A stretch of DNA of 64,000 nucleotides from Bacteroidales bacterium (GTDB lineage Bacteria > Bacteroidota > Bacteroidia > Bacteroidales > WCHB1-69). The DNA lies in the NCBI GenBank assembly GCA_017525245.1, contig JAFXTE010000025.1:57116-121115 (forward strand). The letters are read 5' to 3'. Under the pieces are notes generated by a model that saw only the letters and a program-made list of their open reading frames with translations, was not told the origin of the DNA and made no database searches. Below are positions 29,238 through 38,799 of this stretch, piece after piece. The stretch's first letter is position 1. Every line of letters starts with the position of its first letter. The position numbers and the translations under genes were made by a program.

Positions 29238-29321
29238 ACTTAGGACTTGGGACTTAAGACTTGGGACTTAGGACTTAGGACTTGGGACTTGGGACTTAGG
29301 ACTTAGGACTTAAGACTTAGG
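29238..29321. repeat. 12 tandem heptamers ACTTRRG
   Basis: Units are acttagg acttggg acttaag acttggg acttagg acttagg acttggg acttggg acttagg acttagg acttaag acttagg. Confidence 0.9.
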
Positions 29322-29388
29322 CTTGGAATATCTCCAAAGTCTTACGTCTCACATCTTACGTCTTTTTTCGTGTATGCCATGGATTTTA

Positions 29389-30279
29389 CTACTCGCGAAC
29401 ATAATTCGTTTCCCGCAGCAATCGGAAATTCTCCGGTTCAACCTCATCGTGGATGAATTCGCGGGCCATGCTCTGCCGGCCGTCGTCGGCATATTCGTAC
29501 TCTGCCCAACCGGTGATTTCCCCCTTCTTGTCAAACATTGTGTTTTTCACTACGCGGTCACCGTCATACGCCATCGTGATGCGGCGATAGGAGTCCAAAT
29601 CCTCCTCCACAATCTCAGTCTGGCGGTTTTGCTCGTCAAAAGTGCGGTTCACCTTGGCAATCAGTTTCATGTCGTAGTTGTAGATCAGGTCCTTCACGCG
29701 GTCACCGTTGTCGTTGTAGGTGAACTCGTAGGTGCGGCGGTCATTGTTCTGCACCTCATCGCGGACGTAAACAGACACCTGCCCTTTTTCATCGTATTGA
29801 TAATGATGGATATACATCGGTTTTCCGTAGTCATCGTTTTCGGTCACGGTGTCGGGAAGTCCGTTCACGTATGTGGAGACCTTTTCCACATAGTCAAGTT
29901 CACCGTTCACGTAAACCTCCTGTTTCACCACGTTTCCGTCCTCATCGTGATAGAATTTGGTGACATATTCTTCGGAGGCGTCGCCGTAGTAGTTCGACTG
30001 GGCCACGAGTCGCTTTTTATCATCATATTTGTTCACCGTCTTTTGCAGAAGAATGTCATCCACATCGAATTGCTCGGTTTGCAACAAAAGCCCATCCTCG
30101 TTGTAGGTGTTGACAGTCAAGGTGTTGAGGGTGCCGTCGGGTTCATAACGTTCTTCTCGGAGAAGCAGACCTCGGTCGTCATATTCGGCATAGCCTTCCG
30201 TATATTCCACGGGTTCAATGTCTTGCGCGTCATATCCGACCCGCTGGTATTCTTTCTTGATGATTTTCAGACTTTTCAT
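29389..30279 (-). CDS. hypothetical acidic cytoplasmic protein with YD/MORN-like beta-hairpin repeats
   Basis: No signal peptide. Recurrent Y-x-D/E-x-G-x-hydrophobic units, for example YEPDGTLNTLTVNTYNEDGLLL, YHDEDGNVVKQEVY, YQYDEKGQVSVY. A -7 box lies 30 nt upstream. Confidence 0.5.
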   Translation of the reverse strand: MKSLKIIKKEYQRVGYDAQDIEPVEYTEGYAEYDDRGLLLREERYEPDGTLNTLTVNTYNEDGLLLQTEQFDVDDILLQKTVNKYDDKKRLVAQSNYYGDASEEYVTKFYHDEDGNVVKQEVYVNGELDYVEKVSTYVNGLPDTVTENDDYGKPMYIHHYQYDEKGQVSVYVRDEVQNNDRRTYEFTYNDNGDRVKDLIYNYDMKLIAKVNRTFDEQNRQTEIVEEDLDSYRRITMAYDGDRVVKNTMFDKKGEITGWAEYEYADDGRQSMAREFIHDEVEPENFRLLRETNYVRE

Positions 30280-30308
30280 TGTTCCAATATTCTTAAAAAA
30301 AGGTATGG

Positions 30309-30316
30309 CAAAAATA
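30309..30316 (-). promoter_or_regulatory. -7 box TAttTTTG for the 29389-30279 gene
   Basis: The reverse complement of caaaaata lies 30 nt upstream of ATG 30279. Confidence 0.4.
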
Positions 30317-30351
30317 CATTTTTATTGATAAGCCCCTAAAATTTTCAGAAT

Positions 30352-30383
30352 AAAAAAGCAGAGACGTTCTGTAACGCCTCTGC
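30352..30383 (-). terminator. rho-independent terminator after the glutamine synthetase gene
   Basis: Minus strand reads GCAGAGGCG-loop-CGTCTCTGC (one mismatch) followed by TTTTTT. Confidence 0.6.
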
Positions 30384-30413
30384 CAAACACAAAACATGAA
30401 AAGTTAAAAGAAA

Positions 30414-31922
30414 TTATCCACAATAGAAAAATTCTTTCACTATCTTCATCATCAAATCCGGATTCTTGACAATTTCGTTACGGATATTCTTGTCGTTGAA
30501 GGATTTGAGTTGTTTGATGATGTCGTCAATCATGGAGCGGTCGAAAACACCGTAACGCTCGAAGATTTCGCGGTGGGCGCTAAGTTCGTCGGCAGACTCC
30601 CAGCAAGAAGCCGGCAGTTGGGCGAGGCTCTCCACGAGGGCTTTGTTCTCGGCACGGTGGATATCGACATCCACGTAGGTCTTCTTGGCAAATTCGAGAG
30701 CGTTCTCCATTTCGAAGCCGTGGCGTGCAGCGCAGACCAGACCGGCGAGGAGCAGGTAAAGGTCGGCGGAACCGTCAGGACAGCGGAACTCCACGGTCTG
30801 TTTCTGGGAACGGTCTTTGTTGACGGCCTTCTCCAGCGGGTTCAGTTCCGCCACAATGTCGTTCTTATGAGTCCAGCCCAGCGGGACGCGCACTAAAACG
30901 GAACGATTACGGTCGCCCCAGCAAACGGATGTGGGAGCCTCCTGATGCGGCACAAGGCGGAAATAGGAAGTGGGGTTGGTGTTGCCGAAAGCGGTCAGAG
31001 AGCCGGCGCAAGTCATGTAGCCTGCGATGGCGGTCTTGGCGATGGAGTTGAGCTTGCCCTTCGTCACCATCTGGTTCTTGCCCTTGGCATCCACGATGCA
31101 GGTGTGGATGTGCAATCCGCTGCCGGCTTTGCCAGCCGTGATCTTCGGCGAGAAGGTCACGTCAAAGCCATATTCGTAAGCCAGGTTACGGATAACCCAT
31201 TTTGCCAAAATCAGCTGGTCGGCGGCATCCTGCACGTCTGTGACCAGGAATTCGATTTCGTTCTGTTCGTAAATCTTGCCGTCCATGGTGAAATTACCCA
31301 CCTCGGAGTGACCGTATTTGATCAGACCGCCCATTTTGGCGATGTTGAGCATGCACTCGGCACGGAATTGCTCGAATTTGGTGAACGGGGAGGATTCGTG
31401 GTAGCCCTTCTGATCCGGAATGGTGAACAGGTCGTCTTCTTCACCGATGACGTAGTATTCCAGTTCGCCCATAGCCTGAAAATAGTTGCCCGTCACTTCA
31501 GTGAACGATTTGGCAGCCTTGCGAAGAATATATTCCGGAGAATTTTCAAGGGGTTTGCCTTCGTTGTTGTAATAAGAACAAAGGAAGGAAAGAGTGGGGA
31601 TTTCAGTGAACGGGTTCAGGAATGCGGTTGAGAAGCGCGGAATCACATAAAGGTCGCTGGAGCCTGCATGGATAAATGCAGGGAATATGTTGGAGCCATC
31701 CACACGCTCGCCGTTAGAGAGAATCTGTTCCAGATACTCGCGGCTGTGCAACACAAAACCCAACGTCTTGATACGGCCGTCACCGGCGACATAATGGAAG
31801 TTAACCATCGGAATGTTGTTCTCTTCCACATATTTAATCATATCCGCCTTGGTGAATTCTTTATGACTCTTCTTGAAATAATTCACGAGCGGATTCAAAC
31901 TCATGGTGATGTTGTCTTTCAT
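30414..31922 (-). CDS. glnA: glutamine synthetase (approximately 500-aa form)
   Basis: N-terminal beta-grasp region (VNFHYVAGDGRIKTL) and a catalytic domain with GSGLHIH and a NRS..VR-like block (DRNRSVLVRVP). Confidence 0.75.
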   Translation of the reverse strand: MKDNITMSLNPLVNYFKKSHKEFTKADMIKYVEENNIPMVNFHYVAGDGRIKTLGFVLHSREYLEQILSNGERVDGSNIFPAFIHAGSSDLYVIPRFSTAFLNPFTEIPTLSFLCSYYNNEGKPLENSPEYILRKAAKSFTEVTGNYFQAMGELEYYVIGEEDDLFTIPDQKGYHESSPFTKFEQFRAECMLNIAKMGGLIKYGHSEVGNFTMDGKIYEQNEIEFLVTDVQDAADQLILAKWVIRNLAYEYGFDVTFSPKITAGKAGSGLHIHTCIVDAKGKNQMVTKGKLNSIAKTAIAGYMTCAGSLTAFGNTNPTSYFRLVPHQEAPTSVCWGDRNRSVLVRVPLGWTHKNDIVAELNPLEKAVNKDRSQKQTVEFRCPDGSADLYLLLAGLVCAARHGFEMENALEFAKKTYVDVDIHRAENKALVESLAQLPASCWESADELSAHREIFERYGVFDRSMIDDIIKQLKSFNDKNIRNEIVKNPDLMMKIVKEFFYCG

Positions 31923-31956
31923 ATTTTTTTGAATTTTACGTTTCTGAATGCGGGGG

Positions 31957-31964
31957 CAAAGATA
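31957..31964 (-). promoter_or_regulatory. -7 box TAtcTTTG for the glutamine synthetase gene
   Basis: The reverse complement of caaagata lies 35 nt upstream of ATG 31922. Confidence 0.4.
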
Positions 31965-32020
31965 ACATTTTTCTGAATGGAAAAAAATGTATTTTTGCGG
32001 ATTGTTTTTTTATTTTATGT

Positions 32021-32028
32021 TAATTTTG
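32021..32028 (+). promoter_or_regulatory. -7 box TAatTTTG for the giant surface protein (alternative box at 31990-31997)
   Basis: taattttg lies 50 nt upstream of ATG 32079, and tatttttg at 31990-31997 is a second candidate. Confidence 0.35.
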
Positions 32029-32078
32029 CAATAATTTTAAGATATAATAATAATTTATTCATAAAATCAAAAACCATT

Positions 32079-35000
32079 ATGAGAAGAAATTACATTTTTC
32101 AGAGGCTGACTGAAACGGTCAGACAGTTTGCCGCCCTTATGCTGATTATGCTGATAGCGGCAAATTCTCTTTTTGCCGACGAGGTGACATTCGTGTTCGC
32201 GGACGCTGGTTTTTCCAACGGACAAGTCCTGCCGGACGGTGACATAAACGGAATCATCTCCTATAGCGCGGACAGGCAGGGTGGTAGTACCGACGGCCCG
32301 AAGTATTTCAACTCAGGCTCGGTCCTGCGCTTCTATGCCGATCAGGACAACGGATTGGGCAACGCCATGATCCTCACCCCCGCGTTTGGCTACCAAATCA
32401 CGGGGCTGACCATCAATGCCATGAGCGGTTATGCAACGCCCGTCGGCTATTCGGTTGACGGCGGCAATGCCGTGATTATCAACGCTGACGAATCGTCCGT
32501 TTACACCATCACGGGCATTGAGGCGGGTTCCAGCCTGAAATTCTACAACGCTGCCACAACCAATTTGCAATTGCGTATCACCTCCATCACCATCACTTAC
32601 ACGACCGCTGAGGTACCTGCTGTAGCAGCCCCCACTTTCAGTCAGCAACCGGGTGTTTACTATAACAGCTTTTCGCTCAGCATAACCTGCCCCACTCCAG
32701 ATGCTGAAATCCTCTACTCCCTCAATGACGGTCAATTTTACACACCTTACCTGACCCCGATTGAGATTAACACCACCACTACCGTCCATGCATACGCTAT
32801 TCTTGGCAACGATACCAGTGCCATGGCACACGCCACGTATGAGTTCCCCGAATATGTGAACCTCTATGGTTTCAAACATGGCGTTTCCGGTAACTTGTAT
32901 GCTATTTCCGAAACTAACACAAAGATGGATTTTGTCTTCAGGGATGGGCAAAGCATCTATTTCATGAGCGCAGACCCGATACAACGGTCAGGTTTGTTAG
33001 TTTATGACAACAATCCGGCGGTTATTACCACTCAATATGAAGAAGGTGAGACGGTTGACCGTTTAGTGGGAACGCTTTCTGTCTATAATGGCATTCCGGA
33101 GATGATTCCCGTAGCCAACTCAGGTAAATCGGTGAACGCCACGCCTCATGCAGTTGTTCCTGTGGAAGTGACTGTCGCTGAGTTGATGGCCTATCCCGAA
33201 CAGTATCTTTCCGCGTTAGTCGTGGTTAGAAACGGCCAGTTCGAGGCCGGCACGTTCACCACGGATTCCAAAACCGGAGTGAATTTCGTCCAAGGGGCGG
33301 ACACCATATTTATATATAACAACTTCAAAACCGTAGCCGCCACATTCAATGGAGGCGAAAAAGCCACGGTGGTGGGACTGGTTGGCCTTTACAACGGTGT
33401 TCCCCAAATCTATCCCCGCCGCAACAGCGACATCGTGCGTCCTCAAATCCCTTACTCCTGTTCCTTCGAGGGCGGTGAGAGCTTTGCCTGGACGATGGAC
33501 CACAGCGTTTCCAACCCTAACACGAACAAGTGGTACATTGGAAATGCCAACAACCTCTTTGACAATGCCAAGCTGTATGTTTCCAACATGGCTGGTATCA
33601 ACAACTTGTATAATCCGAATGCCGCTTCTGTTTCCCACGCCTACATCGATGTCACCCTTCCCGAACAGGATGTGTTGTTAAGTTTCGATTGCAGAACCAT
33701 GGGTAACACCGAAGATTTCCTGCAGATTTCCGTTTTGGACGAAGCTCCCGTGGAGGGCGTTCTTCCGACAAACTACCTGGCGCGTTTGCACAACGTGAAT
33801 ACGTTTACCCGTCAGACGGTTTTGATTCCTGCATCGCTCGCCGGAGACAAGAAAATCGTCTTCACTTGGCGCAATGACAACGCAATCGGAAACCAGACCC
33901 CTGCTGCTATCGACAATGTGACGATGGAAACCACCTGCTCAATGGTGTCCGAAATCTTTTTTGCATTGAACGGGCATTCTGTCACGGTCAACTGGCTATA
34001 TCCTGAGGATCAGCACGCATGGATGTTGCAATACAAGGCTTCCGATGCTGACACCTGGCAGAGTCTGAACACCACGTCTTCCAGTGTCACGTTGAACAAC
34101 CTTTCCACGGAAACAGCCTACGATGTGCGAATCAGGACTATTTGCGGCACTACTTTCAGTGCATGGAAATATGCCCATTTCATCGTTCCGTGTATCTCCC
34201 CTATCACAACTCCCGTGGAATTGACCATCGGGGACGGTACTGCCAGCACTACTTCAACGCCGATGCACTCCGACCTCGGCAATTCCTGGACACAGATGAT
34301 TTATCCGTCCTCCAATTTTGCCACCCCTGGATACATCAACAGCTTGTCTTGGGAAATAGCCGAAGCCAATGCACTCGACTACAATTCCCTGAAGATTTAT
34401 CTCGGCACCACCGAAATATCCGAACATGCCAACACCAACGATTGGCTGCCTTTGGAGGATTTGACTCTCGTATATGAAAGAAATAACGGCACCATCGGCA
34501 ACACTGCGGGTTGGGAAACTTTCACCTTGGACAATCCGTATTATTATGCTGAGGACAATTTAGTCGTCGTGGTGTCCCGCACCTCCAACAACGGGAACAA
34601 CCTTTACTACCACTATTCTTTCGCCAACAACGCCTGTTTGTCCAGAAGTGCTGACGACGATGACACATACGCCGCGCATCCGGGTGCTGAATCAGGAATC
34701 CAAAACGGCTTCTTGCCGAACATGAAGATTGACTATCTGAGCAGCATTTGCAATGACGCCCATTGCGCCGCACCCACCGAGGTGAATGTTCAAAACATCA
34801 CTACGAACGGTGCAGCCATTTCCTGGACGGCTAATGACGCCAATGCTTGGAAAGTGAGCTATAAGAGTGAAAATTCCAGCGACTGGACTACAGTCAGTGT
34901 CTCCGTCAACCAATACATGTTGACGGACCTGACACAGAATACCGAATACGAAGTGCGAGTCATGGCCGACTGCGGCGTCAATGGCACGAGCAGTGAAGCT

Positions 35001-38000
35001 GCGGCAACGTTCACCACCTTGGCAAACTGCCCCGCACCGACAAACCTGACCGTGACGCATCACCAAAACAACTCGGTCATCACCTGGATTCCTGTCTTTG
35101 GCGTAAACAACTACGAGTTGCAGTATGCTCAGGCAGATGCCGCGTTTTGGGTTTCAGTGCCTGTCAATTACGCTTCCACCTTTGTGTTGGGCGGTCTTGC
35201 GGAAGGTGTGACCTACAATGTGCGAGTGAGATCCGTGTGCGATGCTGACGAATACAGCGAATGGGCGGAACTCTCGTTCACAACTCCTAATTCTTGCGAG
35301 GCTCCCACTCAGTTGGTCATCAGCGAGATCACCAACCACAGTGCCAACGTTTCCTTGGATACCATGCTGACAAACACTTGGGCAATCCAATACGGAGAAT
35401 CCGGTTTCTCCTTGGGTTCCGGTATCATTATTTTGCAAATGCAAAACTCGAACACCATCGCCTTGACCGGTCTTGCAGCAGGAACCGCTTACGATGTGTA
35501 TGCGAAAGCCATTTGTGACCAGACTTCTGAGAGTGTTTGGGCTGGTCCTTTCACATTCACGACAGAATCGGATACCATTACGGAACTGGCCACGATTCCG
35601 TTTATCGAACCGTTCAACGAAGGCGTTTCTCACGATAACTGGATTAACTATCATTTTGATTTATCCGGTTTTACCATTGACGAAGAGGTGCAGGGAATTG
35701 CCATTTCCAATGGTATGTACCATAATTTCTTGTCTGGTGCCGAAAATGAATACACGATGTCACCTTGTTTGAATATTCCTGCCGGACGCTATGATGTCGC
35801 CTATTCCTTCAGAGCCATCGATCAGATGGTCCCGGAGGCGTTTGAGGTCTATTTGTGTACCAAGACGGACAATGTGATCAACTTGGTTCAACAAGTGTCC
35901 AGCGAGACTTTCACCAACACCAATATGGTTCGTAAACATAATTTCATCAATGTGGCGGAAGACGGGGTTTACTGTTTCGCCATCCGTTCTGCCAGCCCTT
36001 CACAGCATTTCGGATTCAGCATGGATGACTTTGCGGTGAAAGAGGTGGTCAACTTTACCGTCACATACGCTGAACACGGCACCGGCACACCGGAAGGCTT
36101 GGCAGAAGCAACCAAGGGAGAGTTTTACACCCTCACCATCGTTCCGCAGCCCGGATATCATGTTTCGGCCATCTATAAGAATGCGCAACTCGTGAGCACG
36201 ATGAACGGAGGCAATGCTGCGGTGCAGTATTATACTTTCGTCCCTCAAAATGGCGACAGTCTTTATGTGATGTTCGCTGCCAGCACGTTTGAGGTAAATG
36301 CCACAATCTCCAACTTTATGTCTTCGGGTAACGATCACGCGGTGGGTGCTACTTACACCCCGAGCCACGAAATGGTGGCCTATGGTGGCTCCCACACCGG
36401 CACTCTTGCGCTGACCGACCACTTCCATATCCATTCCGTCACTATCAATGGTTTGGATGTGACGAACATGCTGGTTCCTTTCAACGCTTCCCAATACACT
36501 TTGTCGTTGGACAACATTTTGGAAGACAAGAACATCCATATTGTGACTGCTTTTGACGACGCCACCATCGTTTACACGGTTTTGGCCGGGCAAGGCACCA
36601 TCAACGATGAATTTGTGGCAGATGCTTCCAACACACCTGCGGTTTATACCGTCATGTTACCGGGCAATTCCGACTTGTTAAGCACTTTCACTCCTGCCCC
36701 GGGTTACCATGTGTCAAGTGTCGTTATTGACGGTGTGGAACATAACAACATTGAATCCTATTCGTTTGAACATCTGTATGGTTTTCATTCTGTTAATGTG
36801 ACGTTCGCCAAGAACCACTATACAATTACGACCAGCAAATTGGGCAACGGCGTAGTTTCCGCCGGTGCGGAGTTTGAGTATAATCCCGACTATGTGTACG
36901 CTTTCGTGGCCACACCTGACGTCGGCTACCGCATTGACCGTATCCAGCGCAACCACGTTGACCTGGTGGTTGAAAATCCTGCCGTGGGATATACAGAATT
37001 GCTGACAAACATCACCTCTGATTATCTGTATGAGGTGCAGTTCGCTCAAAATGTATTTACAGTGACGGCCAATGCAGGTGCCAACGGCTCCGTTTCCCCT
37101 GCCGGCACCTCTTCTTATTTCTACAATCAGAATGCCGTGTATATGATTACCGCCAACTATGGCTACTATATCGCTTCCTTGACCATTGATGGGGAGACCA
37201 CGACCTACACCCAGGCTGACAACCTGACCGCCATTTCCCACACATTTGCCCAGATAACTGAGGATCACAGCATCAGCGCCACGTTTGCCCAGATGTTGTT
37301 CAATGTGACGGTTAACGCAGGCGAGAACGGTGCCATCACGCCGGGAACCAGTAATTTCGCATTAGGTGCCACCCCGGCATTCTTCATCACGCCTAACGAA
37401 GGTTACACCATTCTGGACGTGACCGTTGACAACGAGTCTGTCGGTGCAGTTTCTTCGTACGTCTTCACCCCTTTGATTTCTAACCATACCATTGCCGCCA
37501 CATTCACCGCATCCCAGTTCGTGATTACGGCCATGGCAGGCACTGGCGGCACGATTTCCGACATGGGTGCAACCACGTTGGCTTATAATGGCAGCAAGAC
37601 CTACACCATCACGCCCGACGCGGGATTCCATGTGAGCAACGTGTTTGTGGACGGTCTTCCCGTGGGTGCCGTTTCCACATACAGCTTCAACAATGTGACA
37701 ACCAACCACACCATTTATGCCGAATTCGCGGCCAACGAATACACAATTACGGTGACCCAGCCTGCCAACGGTGTCATCACACCCGGCACCACCACTGTTC
37801 TGAACGGCAGCACCCCGGCCTTTATGATTACGCCCTCTCTTGGCTATTCGGTTTCTGCTATTAATGTGAACGGAACAAATGTCATCAGCGATGCCTCATC
37901 CGTGAACGATGTTTACACATACGTGTTCCCTGCCGTTTCCGCCAATCAGACGATAACGGCTGTGATGGTTCCCAAAACATACACCATCACCGCCTCTGCC

Positions 38001-38735
38001 GGCACTAACGGTTCCATTTCACCTGCAGGCAACACTACGGTGTCTTTCGGCAACACGCAGGCTTATACCATTTCTCCCGCCAACGGCTATGTTGTGGACA
38101 ATGTGGTGATTGACAATACCATAAACATGGGTGCCATAAGCAGTTATATCTTCACGAACGTGGTGGCCAACCATACCATCCATGTGACATTCAAACCCGC
38201 TGATTGCGAGACTCCTTCTTTCATGTACACCAGTCATATCGACAGCACCTCTGCAGAACTGCATTGGGCACACCCGACTGCTACCTCATTCGATGTACAG
38301 TACAAGACACTCTTGGGAGAGTTTGTCACTCTTCCTTCTGTCTTCGGCAGTAGCTATCTGTTAACCGGTCTGACGCAAAACACGACCTATTTGTGGCAGG
38401 TTCGCGCCAATTGCTTCGACAACAACCAAAGCGAATGGTCCAATATGATTTCGTTCACCACAGAATTTACCACGATTGACCAAACTGGCATCGAAGATTT
38501 CGTGAAGAGCCAGATCAAGGTGTATGCTGAACGCCAAAATGTCCACATCGTCAACAACGAGGGACTGAACATTGACAATGTGCGTATTTTCGATGCATAC
38601 GGCAGACTGGTTTACAGCAATGCCGTAAATACCACACATGAGGTCATCGGCCTCAACGTGGCAACCGGCACCTACATTGTAAATGTGACCACAGACAAAG
38701 GCACCGCCAACTACAAGGTTGTGATTGTGAAATAA
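32079..38735 (+). CDS. giant T9SS-secreted surface protein (FN3-like, choice-of-anchor/MAM-like and InlB-B-type repeats, C-terminal sorting domain)
   Basis: Signal-like N-terminus from ATG 32079. There are five FN3-like modules, each ending ...ICG/DCG/VCD/ICD/NCF, and nine tandem approximately 78-aa modules of the type F.VT..AG.NG.ISP.G......ITP..GY....V.VDG..VG.VS.Y.F..V..NHTI.A.F (about 36051-38195). The C-terminal approximately 75 aa ...IVNVTTDKGTANYKVVIVK are typical of a T9SS CTD. Confidence 0.85.
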   Translation: MRRNYIFQRLTETVRQFAALMLIMLIAANSLFADEVTFVFADAGFSNGQVLPDGDINGIISYSADRQGGSTDGPKYFNSGSVLRFYADQDNGLGNAMILTPAFGYQITGLTINAMSGYATPVGYSVDGGNAVIINADESSVYTITGIEAGSSLKFYNAATTNLQLRITSITITYTTAEVPAVAAPTFSQQPGVYYNSFSLSITCPTPDAEILYSLNDGQFYTPYLTPIEINTTTTVHAYAILGNDTSAMAHATYEFPEYVNLYGFKHGVSGNLYAISETNTKMDFVFRDGQSIYFMSADPIQRSGLLVYDNNPAVITTQYEEGETVDRLVGTLSVYNGIPEMIPVANSGKSVNATPHAVVPVEVTVAELMAYPEQYLSALVVVRNGQFEAGTFTTDSKTGVNFVQGADTIFIYNNFKTVAATFNGGEKATVVGLVGLYNGVPQIYPRRNSDIVRPQIPYSCSFEGGESFAWTMDHSVSNPNTNKWYIGNANNLFDNAKLYVSNMAGINNLYNPNAASVSHAYIDVTLPEQDVLLSFDCRTMGNTEDFLQISVLDEAPVEGVLPTNYLARLHNVNTFTRQTVLIPASLAGDKKIVFTWRNDNAIGNQTPAAIDNVTMETTCSMVSEIFFALNGHSVTVNWLYPEDQHAWMLQYKASDADTWQSLNTTSSSVTLNNLSTETAYDVRIRTICGTTFSAWKYAHFIVPCISPITTPVELTIGDGTASTTSTPMHSDLGNSWTQMIYPSSNFATPGYINSLSWEIAEANALDYNSLKIYLGTTEISEHANTNDWLPLEDLTLVYERNNGTIGNTAGWETFTLDNPYYYAEDNLVVVVSRTSNNGNNLYYHYSFANNACLSRSADDDDTYAAHPGAESGIQNGFLPNMKIDYLSSICNDAHCAAPTEVNVQNITTNGAAISWTANDANAWKVSYKSENSSDWTTVSVSVNQYMLTDLTQNTEYEVRVMADCGVNGTSSEAAATFTTLANCPAPTNLTVTHHQNNSVITWIPVFGVNNYELQYAQADAAFWVSVPVNYASTFVLGGLAEGVTYNVRVRSVCDADEYSEWAELSFTTPNSCEAPTQLVISEITNHSANVSLDTMLTNTWAIQYGESGFSLGSGIIILQMQNSNTIALTGLAAGTAYDVYAKAICDQTSESVWAGPFTFTTESDTITELATIPFIEPFNEGVSHDNWINYHFDLSGFTIDEEVQGIAISNGMYHNFLSGAENEYTMSPCLNIPAGRYDVAYSFRAIDQMVPEAFEVYLCTKTDNVINLVQQVSSETFTNTNMVRKHNFINVAEDGVYCFAIRSASPSQHFGFSMDDFAVKEVVNFTVTYAEHGTGTPEGLAEATKGEFYTLTIVPQPGYHVSAIYKNAQLVSTMNGGNAAVQYYTFVPQNGDSLYVMFAASTFEVNATISNFMSSGNDHAVGATYTPSHEMVAYGGSHTGTLALTDHFHIHSVTINGLDVTNMLVPFNASQYTLSLDNILEDKNIHIVTAFDDATIVYTVLAGQGTINDEFVADASNTPAVYTVMLPGNSDLLSTFTPAPGYHVSSVVIDGVEHNNIESYSFEHLYGFHSVNVTFAKNHYTITTSKLGNGVVSAGAEFEYNPDYVYAFVATPDVGYRIDRIQRNHVDLVVENPAVGYTELLTNITSDYLYEVQFAQNVFTVTANAGANGSVSPAGTSSYFYNQNAVYMITANYGYYIASLTIDGETTTYTQADNLTAISHTFAQITEDHSISATFAQMLFNVTVNAGENGAITPGTSNFALGATPAFFITPNEGYTILDVTVDNESVGAVSSYVFTPLISNHTIAATFTASQFVITAMAGTGGTISDMGATTLAYNGSKTYTITPDAGFHVSNVFVDGLPVGAVSTYSFNNVTTNHTIYAEFAANEYTITVTQPANGVITPGTTTVLNGSTPAFMITPSLGYSVSAINVNGTNVISDASSVNDVYTYVFPAVSANQTITAVMVPKTYTITASAGTNGSISPAGNTTVSFGNTQAYTISPANGYVVDNVVIDNTINMGAISSYIFTNVVANHTIHVTFKPADCETPSFMYTSHIDSTSAELHWAHPTATSFDVQYKTLLGEFVTLPSVFGSSYLLTGLTQNTTYLWQVRANCFDNNQSEWSNMISFTTEFTTIDQTGIEDFVKSQIKVYAERQNVHIVNNEGLNIDNVRIFDAYGRLVYSNAVNTTHEVIGLNVATGTYIVNVTTDKGTANYKVVIVK

Positions 38736-38761
38736 CTTTTGGTTGACAAGATTAAGTGATT

Positions 38762-38790
38762 AAGGGCGGAGAGGAATCTTCGCCCTTTTT
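38762..38790 (+). terminator. rho-independent terminator after the giant gene
   Basis: Stem AAGGGCG/CGCCCTT with a 12-nt loop and a T-run at 38786-38790. Confidence 0.6.
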
Positions 38791-38799
38791 GTCGATTTG

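Noticed and set aside
29238-29321. Whether the short tandem arrays (also 41526-41588 and 63364-63487) could be CRISPR arrays.
   Set aside because: The units are 7-9 nt and directly abutting, with no spacers. There are no cas genes in the window.
29323-30339. A 338-aa plus-strand ORF opposite the YD-like repeat protein.
   Set aside because: Its V/H/F-rich composition has no motifs. The minus-strand ORF has a -7 promoter box at the correct distance and a coherent repeat structure, so I chose the minus strand.
31977-32078. Upstream extensions of the track ORFs for the giant protein (31977), radA (38756), PepSY-like 1 (41015), M64 (42110), folD (43423), the oxidoreductase (45627), EEP (46804), LRR (56215), sigma (58619) and the amidohydrolase (62183).
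   Set aside because: The extensions run through -7 promoter boxes, terminators or repeats. They precede an internal ATG that begins a canonical signal peptide or a conserved N-terminus.
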